From NCBI RefSeq assembly GCF_018350175.1, contig NC_058368.1, positions 133,612,001 through 133,676,000 of the forward strand: a stretch of 64,000 nt of DNA, read 5' to 3'. How positions within the stretch are numbered: the stretch's first letter is position 1; each line of letters opens with the position of its first letter. The notes beneath the pieces are model-generated. The model worked only from the letters and a program-made list of their open reading frames with translations. It did not search any database and had not been told where the DNA came from. This DNA is from Felis catus (lineage: Eukaryota). Positions 37,669-51,978 of this stretch are shown one piece after another. A program made the translations under genes and the position numbers.

Positions 37669-39819
37669 AATAGTTTTTTTTTTTTAATTATTTATTAACT
37701 GGGTTTATCTGTCACTTGAACTCTAGGCCTATGGAACAGTAGTGTTTTTATGCTTTGTGTTTAATTCTTTGGAGATCCGATCCCTGTGATGCACAAGGGA
37801 TTTGTTTGTGTAGCTCTCGTTTTCTGTCTCCCGTTGGATTAGTTGTACGGTCTTGCAAGGCATAGTAGGAGACACTTGATTGAATTACAGCATAGGTCAC
37901 CTAGCTGTTTCATCATCGTGCAATACAAGACTGTGAAATTCAGAGTGACTGAGTGCAGTAAGTGGCATATTGCACAGCAGTAATTTTTGTCTCTGCTTTT
38001 CTTGTGATTGTCCTACCATTGTCCTAAAATGAGGGCTCGGTGAAACTGCCTTTCTCAGAACATGTTGGATCCCCATGCCTTGAGTGGGGTTTCCCCCCAG
38101 AGTGTTCCGGGGACCTATTATTTTGTGGAACACTGCTGACTGTGCCCCTTGATCTTGTTAGGTAAAATGCTAATAATGGCAAAAATCCTGACTTAAGTAA
38201 ATGCTCTGTGCTGTATTTAATTATGTGCTTCTCCGGCTTAATTGAATACAGAAGTCAAGGAACTTTAAGTTTTTTATTTTCAATGGATAACTGCTAGCAA
38301 AATTCTTTGGGAAATATTAAATCATGTGGACCCTGTTCCTGTTTATGTCAGGGAATATGAATAATTCACATTGACGGCCATTCTGTACACCTGGAAAACC
38401 TCCTCCCCACCGTTTTCTGATGGGGAAGCTTTGATTTTTGGAGGTAAGAAGAGCTCTAGCCCAGATGCCTATCTGATGACAGCATTCCTGTTCAGTGTTT
38501 CCACTTAGAGCCGTGTTGGCATTGCAGCACTCTGTCATCGTAGGGTATATGGTCTCGGCTGCCTAACTTGTCCAAGGACTGTCCTAGTTTGCTAGTCCAG
38601 GAAAATAAGCTAGGTCAGCTGTCATATCCCTCCAAATGAAAAAAGACAGCTCGCTGCCTAGACTGCAATTGGAAGGAAAGGTCAATCAATATATTACCTT
38701 CCCTTCGGTGTGTTCCTTGCCTGCCGGCTGAGTTGTGCCTTCTCCGTAGTGGTGGTAATCTCTTCTGCTAAATTTTATTTTAACCTTGCAAATAGGTGAA
38801 AGGAAGGGCACAGTTAATAACGTCTTCTCTTATACACCTCTGAGCACATTATTTGGGCTGAACCCTGTCCTCCCGCCAACCCCCCTCGCCCCAAGCCCAG
38901 CACGGTCCAGTTTAGATGGAGAGTTATGCAAGTAGCTGGTTTTATTTATTGTGGGAATTTCTCCTAGAGCTCGGTCATGCTCTTGCACAGACAGAATGCA
39001 AACATTTTTGTGATTTTTGACAGTGGCTGGGATCTGTGTGGAATAGGGGTTTTTCAAAACATTTCTCAGTCAATATGTTTACCCTCCTTCAGCAGCCATG
39101 CAGCGTGACATGGCGCATCACCGATACTTGAAATAGACTGCAACAGGAGGTCAGAATGGAGCATGGATTTTCCAACACAGCATGTTAGATGAAATGATTT
39201 TGTGTACTTTGAAGTGGAAAATTCAATCAGAATTTTCCACACTTTTTAGTTAAAGCAACACTGTTATTTATTGATGAAAGGTGGACTGAGAAAAATACAG
39301 AATGCAGCATAGGCAACAGATCTAGCCCTGTCCGTGGTCAGAGCAAGAAATACCTTTTCACTTGCAATTTAATGAAGCCCACACATGGTAAAAAGGGTCT
39401 GGTTAAAATATGCAGGGTAGGATGCGGGGAACATATGCCGACTTGTTTAGCATGTGTGTGGATAAAAATGGAATCTGGCTTTCTTTTTAGGAAGTTTGGT
39501 TTCCATTGCGATGGACTTCATGCTTGAGGAAGGGCATTTACATCCTCCTAGGTAATCTGTTTTGGCTTAGTTTCAAAGTAGCTGAGCTCATTTGGAAAGC
39601 ACCTCAGAGTATCAATAGGAAATCCGAAGACAGATTCTTTAAGCTTTCATTTAAGCAGGCTCAGAGAATATTTAAATTTATTGTTGGTTTTCATCTGTCC
39701 TTTGGTGCACAGAGGATAGATCAGCATGACTACCTATTATGTGGAGGAGCACTTTATATTTTTAAATTGCAAAACTTTTAGGTTGTGATGTCAGATTTGT
39801 GCATGAATATTTAGAATAG

Positions 39820-39990
39820 AATAATAACCTGGTATTGGCATGCTTGATGTATGCCAGTCACTTATCTAGGTACTTTATGTGTATTACTTCATTGAATCCT
39901 CATAACACTATAAGCTATTATTATCTATGACTTGCAGTGAGAGAAGAGAGCCACAGAGAAGTTTAGTACTTTGCCCAAGGCCATACTCCT
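39820..39990 (-). mobile_element. MIR interrupted by a SINE
   Basis: tgaatcctcataacac, cacagagaagtttagtactttgcccaaggcca. Confidence 0.7.
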
Positions 39991-40000
39991 AAACCAGTAT

Positions 40001-40233
40001 TTTTTTTTAATTTAAAATTATTTATTTATTTTTGAGAGAGAGAGAGCGAGCAAGCATGGGCACACAAGCAGGGCAGGGGCAGAGAGACAGTGAGGAAGAC
40101 ACAGAATCCAAAGCAGTCTCCAGGCTCTGAGCTGTCAGCACAGAGCCCCACAGGGGCTTGAACCCACGGACTGTGAGATCATGACCTGAGCCGAAGTCAG
40201 ATGCTTAACCGACTGAGCCACCCAGGCACCCCC
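40001..40233 (-). mobile_element. SINEC
   Basis: TSD taaaccagtat. Confidence 0.94.
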
Positions 40234-40406
40234 TAAACCAGTATGCTGAGCCATTCTGCCTGGCTACCTCTCTGAGACTCTGCCACTTAAACACATTCAT
40301 CCTGGTGAGCCTAGGCATGTGTGGGTTATCAATTTGATTCAGTCAGTATATAGCATTTCCCATGAAGGATGTTTATATTTACAGTTTGTCTTTAAAAGAG
40401 ACGTAA

Positions 40407-40780
40407 AATCTCTTCTATGTGGAATCCACAAAAAACCCAACTCAACAAAACAAAACAAAACCCAGGAGTGGTGGTTACCAGCGGGTGGGGCGTATGAAGA
40501 GATGTGGTTTAAGAGCACATCCTTGAAATCAGTAGATAAATAAGTTCTGGACTTGTAGTGTACAGTACAGCACTTACAGACCAGGAAACTGTATGATAAA
40601 CATAGAGCTGGCTTGCTAAGAGACAGGATCTTAATTGTTCCTACCACTAGAAGCAATAATAATTACGTGACACAATAGAATATGGCAAGCATATTGCAAC
40701 ATAATGTATCAAATCAACATGTTGCGCACCTTAAACTTATGCAGTGTTCTATGTCAATTATACCTCAGTTAAAAAAAAAA
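40407..40780 (+). mobile_element. L1 3' end (L1MA9/L1_Carn-like)
   Basis: ttgctaagagacaggatcttaa...gcaccttaaacttatgcagtgttctatgtcaattatacctcagt followed by an A tail. Confidence 0.8.
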
Positions 40781-43700
40781 GATATAATTCTTTAATAGTC
40801 TTTTTTACTTAGGTACTGGCTGTTTTCTGATAAATAATTCAATTCAGTGTAATTAAGTTTACTTTCTCTTTTTTAAGGTAGTATTTAAAAGGAATAGAAG
40901 CCTTTAAGAGCATTAGTGTAAATTCATCAGCTTGTCTAAATAGTGTGGCTTTGAAAGATAGTTTAGACCATCACTTTGTATTCTTTAATGATCTAAGGTT
41001 GGTTCCCCCTCTTTGTTCATGATATTTTATAGTATTGTCAGGGTTCTTTTTTTTTAAGGTTTATTCACTATAGTTTCAATGAGATAAGCATATGGTTATT
41101 CCAATATCCTACACATATGTCTTGTCAGCGTTTACTGTTAGTGTTGTTTGTTTTTATTCTATAGATAGTGAGTCCAGAATTAACTGTCAGTTTCAGGTTT
41201 CCAAGGTAATCCAGTGTAATCCATTGTGAGAACACAAAGCTTCTGTGTAATATAGTAAGCATGTCAATACAATAAGGTCTATTACGCTTTTTATTTTTTC
41301 AAAGGAAGAACCTAATTAGTGTAATAGAAACCAAAGTGGAAACCACTTAAGCTCACCCCTGAATTACAAATGGCGACATTCACATGTTATAAAGGGAAAA
41401 TCTTCCTGCTTGGAAATTGCTTTATTTTTTCAGTCAACAAAAATGAGAGGCCATTTTATGAAAACTTTCTTAGGTCTCAGACTTCAACATCCACCCGTTT
41501 TGTAGTTCTTGTGATCCAAAAACATCACAAGGGATCATTTTGACTTTGAGAGAAGGATTTTGTCTTAGCAGTAAGAGCAGAATTCAGTCTTTGGGAAGAA
41601 GCAATTAAAAACCCAAAGCCTTTTATTGCTTTTGATGCTTTAAAAAAAAAAAAGGCAAAAACTTCACTGCACTGTAATATTTTCTGCTAATTAACTGTCA
41701 CAAATGTGATGCCATTAAGTTTGGAGTCTCTTTAGTTAACTTCAAAGTCATTAACACATGCTGGGCAGCCCTCCCAAATCTGTTTTGGAGAAAGGAACTG
41801 CATCGACAGATCTGTAATCAATGTTGTCAAAGTTTTGGTTTCTCATAGAATCTAATGTTAATTTAAGGAGCATTTGGTCATTTTCCTTGGGTACAAGCTC
41901 CAGCCCTTCTAATGCTTGGAGTTGATGGCAGTAGGCTGTCGTGATGCCACGTTGGCCTTTGGATACACCGCTCCAAAGGTGACTAGAAAAGGTTTGCAGG
42001 GTCCCTGGAATATATTCAGCTGCAAATACATACCAGAAAGACCAATAGTAGCTTAAACAAATAAGGATTTATTATTTCTCACATGAAAATGTTGGTTGAA
42101 TGTCCATGGCCGGTGCTGTATATGGAAACAGTGTTGGTCATCCTCCCTGAGTGTTGGCTCTGCTGTCCTTTACAGGAAGCCTCTGACTTTGAGCAAACCA
42201 CAGCCTAACTTTTCCAGTACTCAGTGTCCCCATCAGAGAAAATAGTGGTAACCCTTCCTGTAACTGCAGGGCGGCGTCAAATCTTTGGCAGAATCCTGTA
42301 TGAGAAAACATGTAGCACGGTGCCTGGTGCTTACCAGAGCCGACCTGATTGGTGGCACTGTGGCAGCAGGCTCAGCAGTGACAGTGTTCATGGTGGTTCT
42401 AGAGGGGGAGGCGCGCAGCAGGAAATAGGAGATGCCGCAACTCGTGTTTGTCCATCTTGGGATTCCCGATTCCAGCATCTTCCAGCTGGTGTTATTTGAA
42501 ACAGCGCATTGGAGAAAATGATTTTAAAGAGTCAGATACCGTATCCTTTATCAACTAGGACCACTTAGTAAGTAAAATATATCCCCTCCAAGCCACTTGT
42601 TTATTTTATCCTGTGACCTCTTTACAATAAATTCCAGTACCATTAAAGGCTTAAGTCACATTATTGATTATTTGAATATGTGTGTCATTAATCTTCCATC
42701 ACCCTCGTACATTTTATATGTACATTTTAAGTGTTGTCTTTTGCATTTAGATGGAGTAGAGTGTCTGAAGAGAGCAGACTTGTGGGTATTAGCTCCATAC
42801 AGCCCTTCAAGAGCTCCCTGGAGCTGGTTTGCCAGTAAATTTCTACACTAAAATGGGCTTTCAGAAGAATGGCTGCTAGGTAAACTCTGAGGTGTCCTCA
42901 GTAAATAAAAATGATTAATCTCAGCTGAATAAATTCACTATCACTGGTCAAATAGTCTCATCCAATTCTGGTTCCTGTTTCTATAAAAAGCCCTTTTCTT
43001 TTTGTATTAAGGTTGTCTGTAATTTTAATGGAACATGTGAATTATTATCTGATTTCTAAAAATTGGTTCATAAAAGGATATTGATTCTTTGAATTAGGGG
43101 CAGTTGAAATATTGTTTACGGGCAAACTGGTCTCCTCTGATCGAACCTGGAAGCTACCGTCAAGAAAACTTATGCTAAATCGGTGTTAAGATACACTTGT
43201 TAAAAAATGATCACAGTGCTTAATAATTGCCCCCAGATGGGACAGTGATATCAGTGTAGGAATGCAAGGGATCCAGAAGGTAAAGGTGAAGATCTGTTAA
43301 GGCGGGGGGCGGGGGGGGGGGTTCTTTGTAATTGCTTCATTTTTATTCCCAGTCATTGACACATTGTCCTGGGTAATGAGAAGATTCTAAAATCAAATAA
43401 GGCTTTTGAACATTGAAGATGTTCGCCAGCCACTGTTCTGTTGAAGAATCCTATAGAATCATACTGATCCTAAGAGGTATCTTATATCCACTATATTAAC
43501 TAGCTTTTAGAAGCTTATGAACATTGTAGCTTTTATTGATTCCAGGGAATTGTACCCAACAATAAGCAATAAAAGTCGATGGTAACTTTTTTCCCATATA
43601 GGGGTGTGCAGATCAATATTTTGAATTTACTATAATTTGCGGGTAATGGATGGAAGAACTGAAAAAATTGCAAAGCCTTGTGGGGCACAGCTGTGCAGTG

Positions 43701-45149
43701 TTGCCTTTTTATCTAAGCTCACTGTAGGTCACAGGCTTTCCCAAGTAACAAGAAACATAGTTAAGTGGCCGGGCTGATACGTGTATTTATCAAGGTCTTC
43801 ATAAGACTCTTCTAAGGGAAAAAAGAAAATCACAAAACTTGTCCACAATGACCTTAATTTTATAGTCCTGAAGGACCTCTAAACTTGCACTGTCTTCAAG
43901 GCAATTAAAATTCTAAATATCTAGCATTTGTGGTTGATCTGCTACAGGCATTTTCGTGATGATTAGTAACAGTGTGTGATTTCACTGAAGCTTGATTTGC
44001 TTTGAATCTTCCAGGTTGTTCACAGAACTGTGTCCAGATTCCACACTGAGCGAGGAAAAGTAGGGATCCTGTGTGCTCCCTCTTTGATTTTCCCCCGTTC
44101 TGTGTTTATCAGAGCTCTTCACTTGTGCCCTGGGTACCTCATGTCATGTGTGCCAAAATAGCCATAGCTGACATTTAGGGTGCTTTCGTGTTTGAGAACT
44201 GGGCTAAATGCAGGCCATGTGTTCTCGTGAATGTTCTCAACACCTTATGGCATCAGTTGTCATATCTTCATTTTATAATTCAGGAAACTGAGTCCCAGAG
44301 AAGGTAAGGAAAGTTTTTTTAGACTTTATGTGTATGTGAATCTAGATCTTGTCCATTTAATCATTCTCAGGTATACAGTTAGCTTAAATAAGGATTTTTT
44401 TTTTCAGTCTAAAGTTTGGTCGATCTAATGTTTTCTTGTTTAGCTTCTTTTGTTTTGACAGACTGTGGCTCCTTTAACTGGATCAAAAGGAGTTTGTTTA
44501 ATTTCAAAAAGGACACACTTTCTCTTGAAAGAAATAGTCCTTTGTTCTTAGAGAACAAAATAAGTACATAAAAGTTCACTTTGCTAGAAGCTACTAATCT
44601 TGAAGAAATGAATGCCCTTCGTTTAATATATAGTAAACACTCAGTAAACTGGAGATGTTATTAATATAACAACCCGTGCAGGGAAGTGTAGAAACTGACC
44701 TAGGAGGTAGATTTCCCTTATATAATACTGATTGGGGAATGCACTGTGGATGCAAATGTCTGATTCCCAGCCTTGATTTTTTTTTTGAAGTCAAAGAGGT
44801 AGCATGTTTAGAAAACTTCAGGGACGATTGAAAGCGGCTGGTAAAGGAAGCCTGTTTCATTGGTCATTTACTCGGGATTAGCTGGATATTTGACTTGTAA
44901 TGCTTTTTCAACTTTAAAAGGTCTGTGTTAAAAGTAACGTGTTTTCAAGGCTCTGCTTAGAATAAAATCAATCTATAAGAAATGATTTGTGTGAAATTTG
45001 CTTAGAAAGAGCCGCAGAAATGTGTGAGGACCCCTTCCTGAGAGTAATTGCCAGTGTGTTATTAACTACGAATGCAGCTCGATAGCCGACATGACGCGGG
45101 GTCCCAGTGCAGACCCTGCAAGTCTTCCTTGGGGATGAAAAATAATTAA

Positions 45150-45325
45150 ACTGCTCTGGACTCCGGCTGATGTGGATTCCAAGAGGCTAAGCCATTTCCC
45201 AGCTCTGTGACCTTGTGGAAGCTACTTAACCTGTCTGTGTCTCGATTCTGTAAAATGGAAATACTAGTGTGCATGAAATAAGATAATGTATGTCAGCACA
45301 CAGTAAATGTGAGGGACTGTTATTA
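45150..45325 (+). mobile_element. MIR
   Basis: gctctgtgaccttgtggaagctacttaacctgtctgtgtctc...ctgtaaaatgg. Confidence 0.7.
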
Positions 45326-45899
45326 AGTGGATGAGCTTAGTAAAGAAAAACCATTTCCACCCCGTGTGTATGAATCATCAAGTGGAAAAGGGGTTTGTGA
45401 TGATTGATGTGTAACTTTCATGTAAGAAAGACCCAGGATGCTGACCCTTGCTCTTACCTTACTCTGGAACTTTCATCTCCTGTTCCTGCCCATCAGGGAC
45501 CCTGTGGTCTAACTTGAATGGTTTTGCTATCCCCTCATCCACCTTCAGATTTCTTTTAACTTCTGAAAGGTTCTCTGTGGCCCTTTTGAATGGCCCTTTT
45601 TCCTAATCTCGGCATGGCACCTTGCCCTTGGCTCCTAAGGTTTTAAACCTTCCCATTAGTTAAGCATTTATTCTCAATGCTTGTGGATCCAGCAACATTT
45701 CTGTCATGAATCTGCTCCTCCCTGCCCTCCCCACCGCCTCTTCCTTGGTCCCTACTCTACCGTGCTTTCCTGACAACTTCATAAACCACCTTATTCCTTT
45801 CCTGTTTGTCTTAAGTAAGACATTTGACACCCTTATGCCAAAGTGATCCTTTTTAAGATGTAGATTTGACCATCTTTTTCTCATATTTAAAATGGTATA

Positions 45900-46100
45900 G
45901 GGGCACTTGCACAGCTCACTCATTTGAGCATCCGACTTTGGCTCAGGTTCTCACGGTTCATGAGTTCGAGACCCGCACAGGGCTCACTGCAGCACAGGAT
46001 CTGCTTTGGATCCTCTGGTCCCCTCTCTCTCTGCCCCTGACCTGCTCACATGCATGCACACACAAACTCTGTCTCAAAAATAAATAAACATTAAAAAAAT
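45900..46100 (+). mobile_element. SINEC (older)
   Basis: Diverged head and A tail. Confidence 0.87.
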
Positions 46101-46105
46101 TAATA

Positions 46106-46330
46106 GGGGCACCTGGGTGGCTCAGTTGGTTAGGCGACTGACTTCAGCTCAGTTCATGATCTCACAGTTCATGAGTTCGAGCCCTGTGTCAGGCTCTGTG
46201 CTGACAGCTCAGAGCCTGGAGCCTACTTCAGATTCTGTGTTTCCCCTCTCTCTGCCTCTCCCCTGCTCATGCTCTGTGTCTCTCTGTCTCTCAGTAATAA
46301 ATAAACATTACAAAATTTTTTTAATTTAAT
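46106..46330 (+). mobile_element. SINEC in tandem with the previous copy
   Basis: ggggcacctgggtggctcag head. Confidence 0.93.
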
Positions 46331-48438
46331 AAAATGTTGTAGGAGCTCCTCATTGCCTATAGGTTAAAGGTAGACTCTTAAGAAAACTTTGTGATTTGAC
46401 TCTATTTCTGCCTCTGTTTTCTTGTCCTGTGGGTTTTTTTCTTTCTACCTTCAGTTCCAGCTTTCCCCAATTTACAAAGAGCTGTGTACTGTTTCATTCC
46501 ACCCTACGTTGCTACATTAATTCCCTTTTCTGGAATACCCATTTGCTTGACTCCTGAGGTTGCCTACCCAACCCCCAGAATCTGGCTCCTGAATCATATA
46601 TGAGAGATACCACCCAAGACCCAGTTTCCGTGGTCTGTGTTGTGACTGCCATTAACTTCCTGGGGTTAATGTTTCTTCTTTCCTGCTAGCTCTCTTGGAA
46701 GAGGTAGGGAGTTCTTTCTCAGGAGCCTGGAGCAAACACTGTTTTGCATCTCGTTTTCTCAGATTGAATCACATGCCATCTTTGAACCCACTGACTTTGG
46801 CCAAACAGTGAACTTTATCATTACCTTCACTTAACCTGAGTTAAGCCTTGAGGTTGAGGATAGTGTCTCTCGTCTACCAGATGTTGTTATCGCAAATGAC
46901 AGGGAACATCGCTGACCGACAAGCAGTGCTCACCCTCCTTAAAGAAAACTGATGACCTCCCCCTCTTGGTCCTACTGCATACTATAAAAAGACCTCTATT
47001 CCAGGTTTTTCAACACTACATTTTACAGCAAATGGAATCCTTTTCCCCCCAGGAAAAGGCCCTTATTAAAAAGTGTGTGATAGAATAAAGGACACCCATT
47101 TTGCCTGCTTTAATCCCTGCACATGCCCCTTGGCTTCACCCTCGGTAGAGCATTTTGACTTAGGTGTTTCTGAAATTACAGAACTCCAAATAAATGGCTT
47201 CGCTTTGACTTCGCTCTTCTTTCAAGGCACCTGTTCACACCTGTACCTTTCTTCCTCTTTAGAGGAAAGACTGCCCTCTTTTGTTACTAATTCCAGCCCT
47301 CTCTCCATGTGTACTCATTCAGACCCCCTCTCAGCGGCTCACATCACCCCTCTGCCCACTGTCTGACATTTTCACAGTGCTTCGTAGGGGGGAAATCGGA
47401 ACTGGATGACTCTGGTTTGGATTTTGCTGCCAGCATCGCCTGGCTTTGTGGCTGTGGGCAATTGCAGGTCCCCCCTGGGCTTTCAAGGGGATAACTTGAG
47501 TGTCCCGTCAGACAGCCAGGGGACTTTGTTATAAAATTCTTCGCGCGTTTATTGGTAAGATCTTACAAAACCAAAAGAGACGGATAGCCATACTCTGATA
47601 TCTTAGAAACTTTGTAGAACGAACCTGTAAGCCTAATGCCAAGACATGAAGATGATAGCTGATTATTTGGGTTCATAGCAGAAAAAGCCAGCTTGGCAAG
47701 AAAACAAGATGATATTTACCTTCTTCTGTTATTCAGAGAAAGTGAGTATGGGGTTTTGATCAAGTAAGATTGGTATAAAAACCCAGCAAGCATTTTGTGT
47801 TTGATTTTTGTGGTGCATCTTGTTGAACTTTACTACCGCAAGTAAATACATTTAAAGTGCATCATGGTTATAGATACAAAAGCAGAATGAAATAAAACCT
47901 GCAAGAAAGGGAGATCCTTTGGGATTCTCCACCCCTCTCACATTCCCACTGAGGGATTTTAGTGATTTTTTTTTTGTAGGTCGAATGGTATGAATGTCCA
48001 AGTATATCTGTGGAGGTGCACCTACTGCTTTTCCAGTTTTCCTGTACAAGTTTTTAATGCAGAAAACCAAGGACTTTATGGGCTGTTCACTAGATTTTTC
48101 AAGTGTTGTTTGAACGTAGGCTGCTGTCGGCTACTACTCTGATTCTAAACCAAGTGTCGTGTAAGATCTGTTTCTGTAGTATGAACTTCTCTGACCTGTG
48201 TGTCTGCCTTCACAAGTGACTTTCAGATATGGAGGCCAGAAAAACGGGGCCAAAATAATTTCTTTACAAGAGCCAGTTCTCGGATGAATCTGTACTTCTA
48301 GCTAGTTGTGCACCCTTCCAGGTAGAGGGAGTTCCACTCGGGGTACCTTTCCTTGCCCTATAGGGCTTCCCACTTGCAAAGGAAATACCTGAGAATCTAA
48401 AAGGTGACTCTTAGTGAGAGTTAGAAAACTAATATACC

Positions 48439-48654
48439 GGGGTGCCTGGGTGGCTCAGTCGGTTGAGCGTCCGACTTCGGCTCAAGTCATGATCTCGCAG
48501 TTCATGAGTTCGAGCCCCACGTCAGGCTCTGTGCTGACTGCTCAGAGCCTGGAGCCTGTTTTGGATTCTGTGTCTCCCTCTCTCTCTGACCCTCCCCCAT
48601 TCGTGCTCTGTCTCTCTCTGTCTCAAAAATAAATAAATGTTAAAAAAAAAAAAA
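48439..48654 (+). mobile_element. SINEC
   Basis: 16-bp TSD agaaaactaatatacc at 48423-48438 and 48655-48670. Confidence 0.96.
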
Positions 48655-48744
48655 AGAAAACTAATATACCATAAAGAAAAAAATCCAAAAGCGAATGATT
48701 TATGCAAACTCATTGTCCTTTAGTGGAGGTTAGTTCTTTTAAGT

Positions 48745-48870
48745 CCCCTTAAGAATTTACTCAAACAACTCCCCGTACATCTCCAGGAGTGGGGTTCAGG
48801 CCTTGGCATTTTTAAAAGCTCCCTGGATGATGTTAATGTGTAGCCTGGCTACATTCAGAACCTGTGCTTG
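48745..48870. mobile_element. MER5-like hAT relic
   Basis: catttttaaaagctccctggatgatgttaatgtgtagcc motif. Confidence 0.5.
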
Positions 48871-48975
48871 GGGGCACCTGGGCGGCTCAGTTGGTTAAGG
48901 GTCCCACTCTAGATCTCAGCTCAGGTCTTGATCTCACTGTTCAGAAGCCTACTTAAAAACAAACAAACAAAAAAC
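48871..48975 (+). mobile_element. Internally deleted short SINEC
   Basis: Head joined directly to agcctacttaaaaacaaacaaac. Confidence 0.8.
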
Positions 48976-49385
48976 ACTGCTTGAGCTGAATTACCTCATC
49001 CCCTTCTATTTTCTCTCCACCGTTAGCAGTTACACATTCAGGTTAAACTGTATAATCTCACACCTGGTGGTATCTCTTTTCACGTGTGTGCGCCCATTTC
49101 CCCAACACTGCTTTTAAATCTGCCATCTTTCGTTTCCTCCTTAGGAGCCCCTAACATTGCCTGATACGCTGCCCTGCACATCCTGGTCCTTTGAAGCCTC
49201 TCCCTAACTTAATAGTTCGTCTGTAAATGCAGAGTAGTTGTAGTAACCCATGATAAAATGGTGAGCCTACCAATGACTAATTAAGGAATGATGAAATAGG
49301 GGAAAATAAACTTTAATGATTTTTGGAGAGTAGTGAGGAAATGGTGTATGCTAGACATTGCCATTCTATTTGGGTTTTTTGTTAG

Positions 49386-49604
49386 TTTCTTCTCCTCCTC
49401 CTCCTCCTCCTCCTCCTCCTCCTCCTCCTCCTCCTCCTTCCCCTTCCCCTTCCCCTTCCCCTTCCCCTCCTCCTCCTCCTCCTCCTCCTTCCCCTTCCCC
49501 TCCTCCTCCTTCCCCTTGCCCTCCTCCTCCTTCCCCTTCCCCTCCTCCTCCTCCTTCCCCTTCCCCTCCTCCTCCTCCTCCTCCTCCTCCTCCTCCTCCT
49601 TCTT
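49386..49604. repeat. Compound (CCT)n/(CCCCTT)n polypyrimidine repeat
   Basis: Direct reading; only one purine (G at 49518). Confidence 0.97.
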
Positions 49605-50069
49605 GGAGAGAGGGTAGGTTGCAGAACTTCCATGTGTCCGTGTTACTTTTCTTGGAGGATATTCGTTCCAGAGTACGGGTCTTGGTAGATGTGGCCCCAC
49701 CTCCCCCTTTGCTGGTGAAGGGAGCTAGTATTCCTTTTCTCTGTTTCTTGACAGCTGAGGCAGAGACCCAGCTGTGATAACCCTAATACTCACAGGGAAT
49801 GGGAGCCCATCAGGAGCAATGCAGGAAAGGCACAGGGACAGTTAAGATGTATTCCGTGGAGGCTGGGCTTGAGTTCAGGTTCAGTTGTGGGGATGTTCTA
49901 ACTGGGCTGTTTCTAGGGTTCACTTTTCTGGTTCCTGTCCATTTTCTGATTGTCTGTGATACCATCCTGTCATCCGGTGTGAGAGCTGGTATCTACCCAA
50001 TAGATAGGTTTTTTTTTTTTTTTTATTGTAGTCTTACTCAGTTTCTTTTGTTTAGAAGAATCATAATTG

Positions 50070-50242
50070 CAGAGCACCTGGGTGGCTCAGTCACTTAAAC
50101 ATCTGTCTGTTGATTTTGGCTCAGGTAGCGATCTCAGGGCCGTGAGACGGAACCCTACTTCGTAAGATTCTCTCTCCCTCTGCTCCTTCCCCATTCGCGT
50201 GCACATTCTTTCAAACAAAAACAAAACAAAACAAAATAAAAT
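50070..50242 (+). mobile_element. Diverged SINEC with (CAAAA)n tail
   Basis: gcacctgggtggctcag head. Confidence 0.8.
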
Positions 50243-50871
50243 GAACCATAGTTGCTACGTAGTGCAAAGCTTCATTTAGCAACATGTAGCATGAGTCTTC
50301 CCACCTGAAGATTTTAAATGTTAAGGTGCTCCTGACAACGCATAAAGGTGTGCATCTTTCTCTGTATGTTCTCACTCCTCCTGTCTCAGCCAGCCTATGG
50401 TTTTACATACCGTCTTAGACGGTAATGACTCCAAAGGGTATCTGCAGCCCCGACCTCTTTTCTGAACCCAGGTTAATAGAAGTCCATCCACCTCTTTGGA
50501 AATTTCTATTTGGAATTCTTGGATGAAACATGTCCAAACAAAACTGTTCTCCCCTCCAAGTATATTGGTGCAGAAAATTTTTGACTTTTCCTTGATTTCT
50601 TTCCCATTCTATATAGGTTTTTTTTTAATATATAGATTCTATCAAAATGCGTCTCAAATCTGACTGCTTCTCTTCATCTTCAGGGATGGTCCTAATCACA
50701 GTCTTCTTTCACATAGATTACTTTTGTAACCTCCTAAAAACTGGGATTAAATGTTTCCTTAAAAGAAGCTTCGAGTATTGAGATTTTCATTTGTTCCTTC
50801 CATGCTGTGGCCTTTGCCTTCCCTCCCCACCAGTTTTCCTTTCTCCCTCTCTCTCTTCTCTTATGCGAGAA

Positions 50872-51530
50872 CTTTTTAAATTTTTTGAAATAATTTTAGA
50901 TTTATAGAAGTTTTAAGACACTTCACTGTACTTTTCCACTACATCATTATCTTATGTAGCCTTAATACACTTGGCAAAACTACGAAATTAACATTGGTAC
51001 GTAATTAACGAGACTTACACTTTATTTGGATAGCAGCAGGTGTTTTGCTAATGGCCTTTTTATGATCCAGAAGCCAGCTCGGGATCCTACCCTGATTGCA
51101 TTTAGTCATCCTGTCTGCCTTCTCCTTTGATCTTTGACAGTTTCTCAAATGTTCCCTGTTTTTCACAGTCCTGACGGTTTTAAAGAGTACTAGTCAGGTA
51201 TTCTGTAGAATGACCCTCAACTCGGGTTTGCTTGATGTTCTTTCATGATTAGACTGGACTTAGGGATTTTGAGAGAGAATACCACAGAGGTGAAGCCCCT
51301 TCTCATCACATCCTATCAGGGGCACATGAGAGCAAATGACTTACCAGGTGGTGTTAACCTGGATCACTTGGTTAAGACCTTGTCTGTCAGGTTTCTCCAC
51401 TGAAAAGTTATTTTTCCCTTTCTCTTTTCTATTTTTGGAAGTCACTCACTAAGTCCAGCCCACTGTCAGGGGGAAGAGAATTAAGCTTCACCTTTTACAC
51501 AGGGGGATATCTACATATGTTTTTGATAAT
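50872..51530 (-). mobile_element. Old L1 3'UTR (L1MB/L1MC-like)
   Basis: gagtactagtcaggtattctgtagaatg, gttaacctggatcacttggttaag, tcaggtttctccactg. Confidence 0.7.
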
Positions 51531-51794
51531 ATATGTAAATCTCTTTTTTCTTTTAAATCATAAACTGACCCATCAAAGAATAGCTCAAAGATCCCCTAAA
51601 CATATGTAGCCATCTTGGTTTTTTTGTGTATGTGTAACTAGTAAATGCTTATTAAATAGCATATATTTTTAATTATTGTGGAAATTGCTTGTACATATTA
51701 AATATTTCAGTTTTCTGGATTGTTTTTATGAATAAAACAAGTTATTTTGTCCCTTTGAGGACAAGGTTGGCCAGGGGAAAGGGTCAGAATCATT

Positions 51795-51978
51795 TATTTT
51801 TTTTTTTAATGTTTATTTATTTTTGAGAAAGAGCGAGAGAGACATAGCATCGGTTAGGGGAGAGGGCAGGAGGAGAGAGAGAGAGACACAGAATCTGAAG
51901 CTAGCTCCAGGCTCTGAGCCGTCAGCACAGAGCCTGACCTGAGCCTGAGCCAAACCCACTGAGCCACCCCGGTGCCCT
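51795..51978 (-). mobile_element. SINEC with internal deletion
   Basis: TSD ggg(t/g)cagaatcattt. Confidence 0.88.

Noticed and set aside
40861..40883. Recursive splice site candidate (ttttaag|gtagta)
   Set aside because: Weak donor part; similar AG|GT motifs occur several times by chance.
49281..49777. Poly-Pro, poly-Glu, poly-Ser and poly-Arg ORFs
   Set aside because: Translations of the (CCT)n/(CCCCTT)n repeat.
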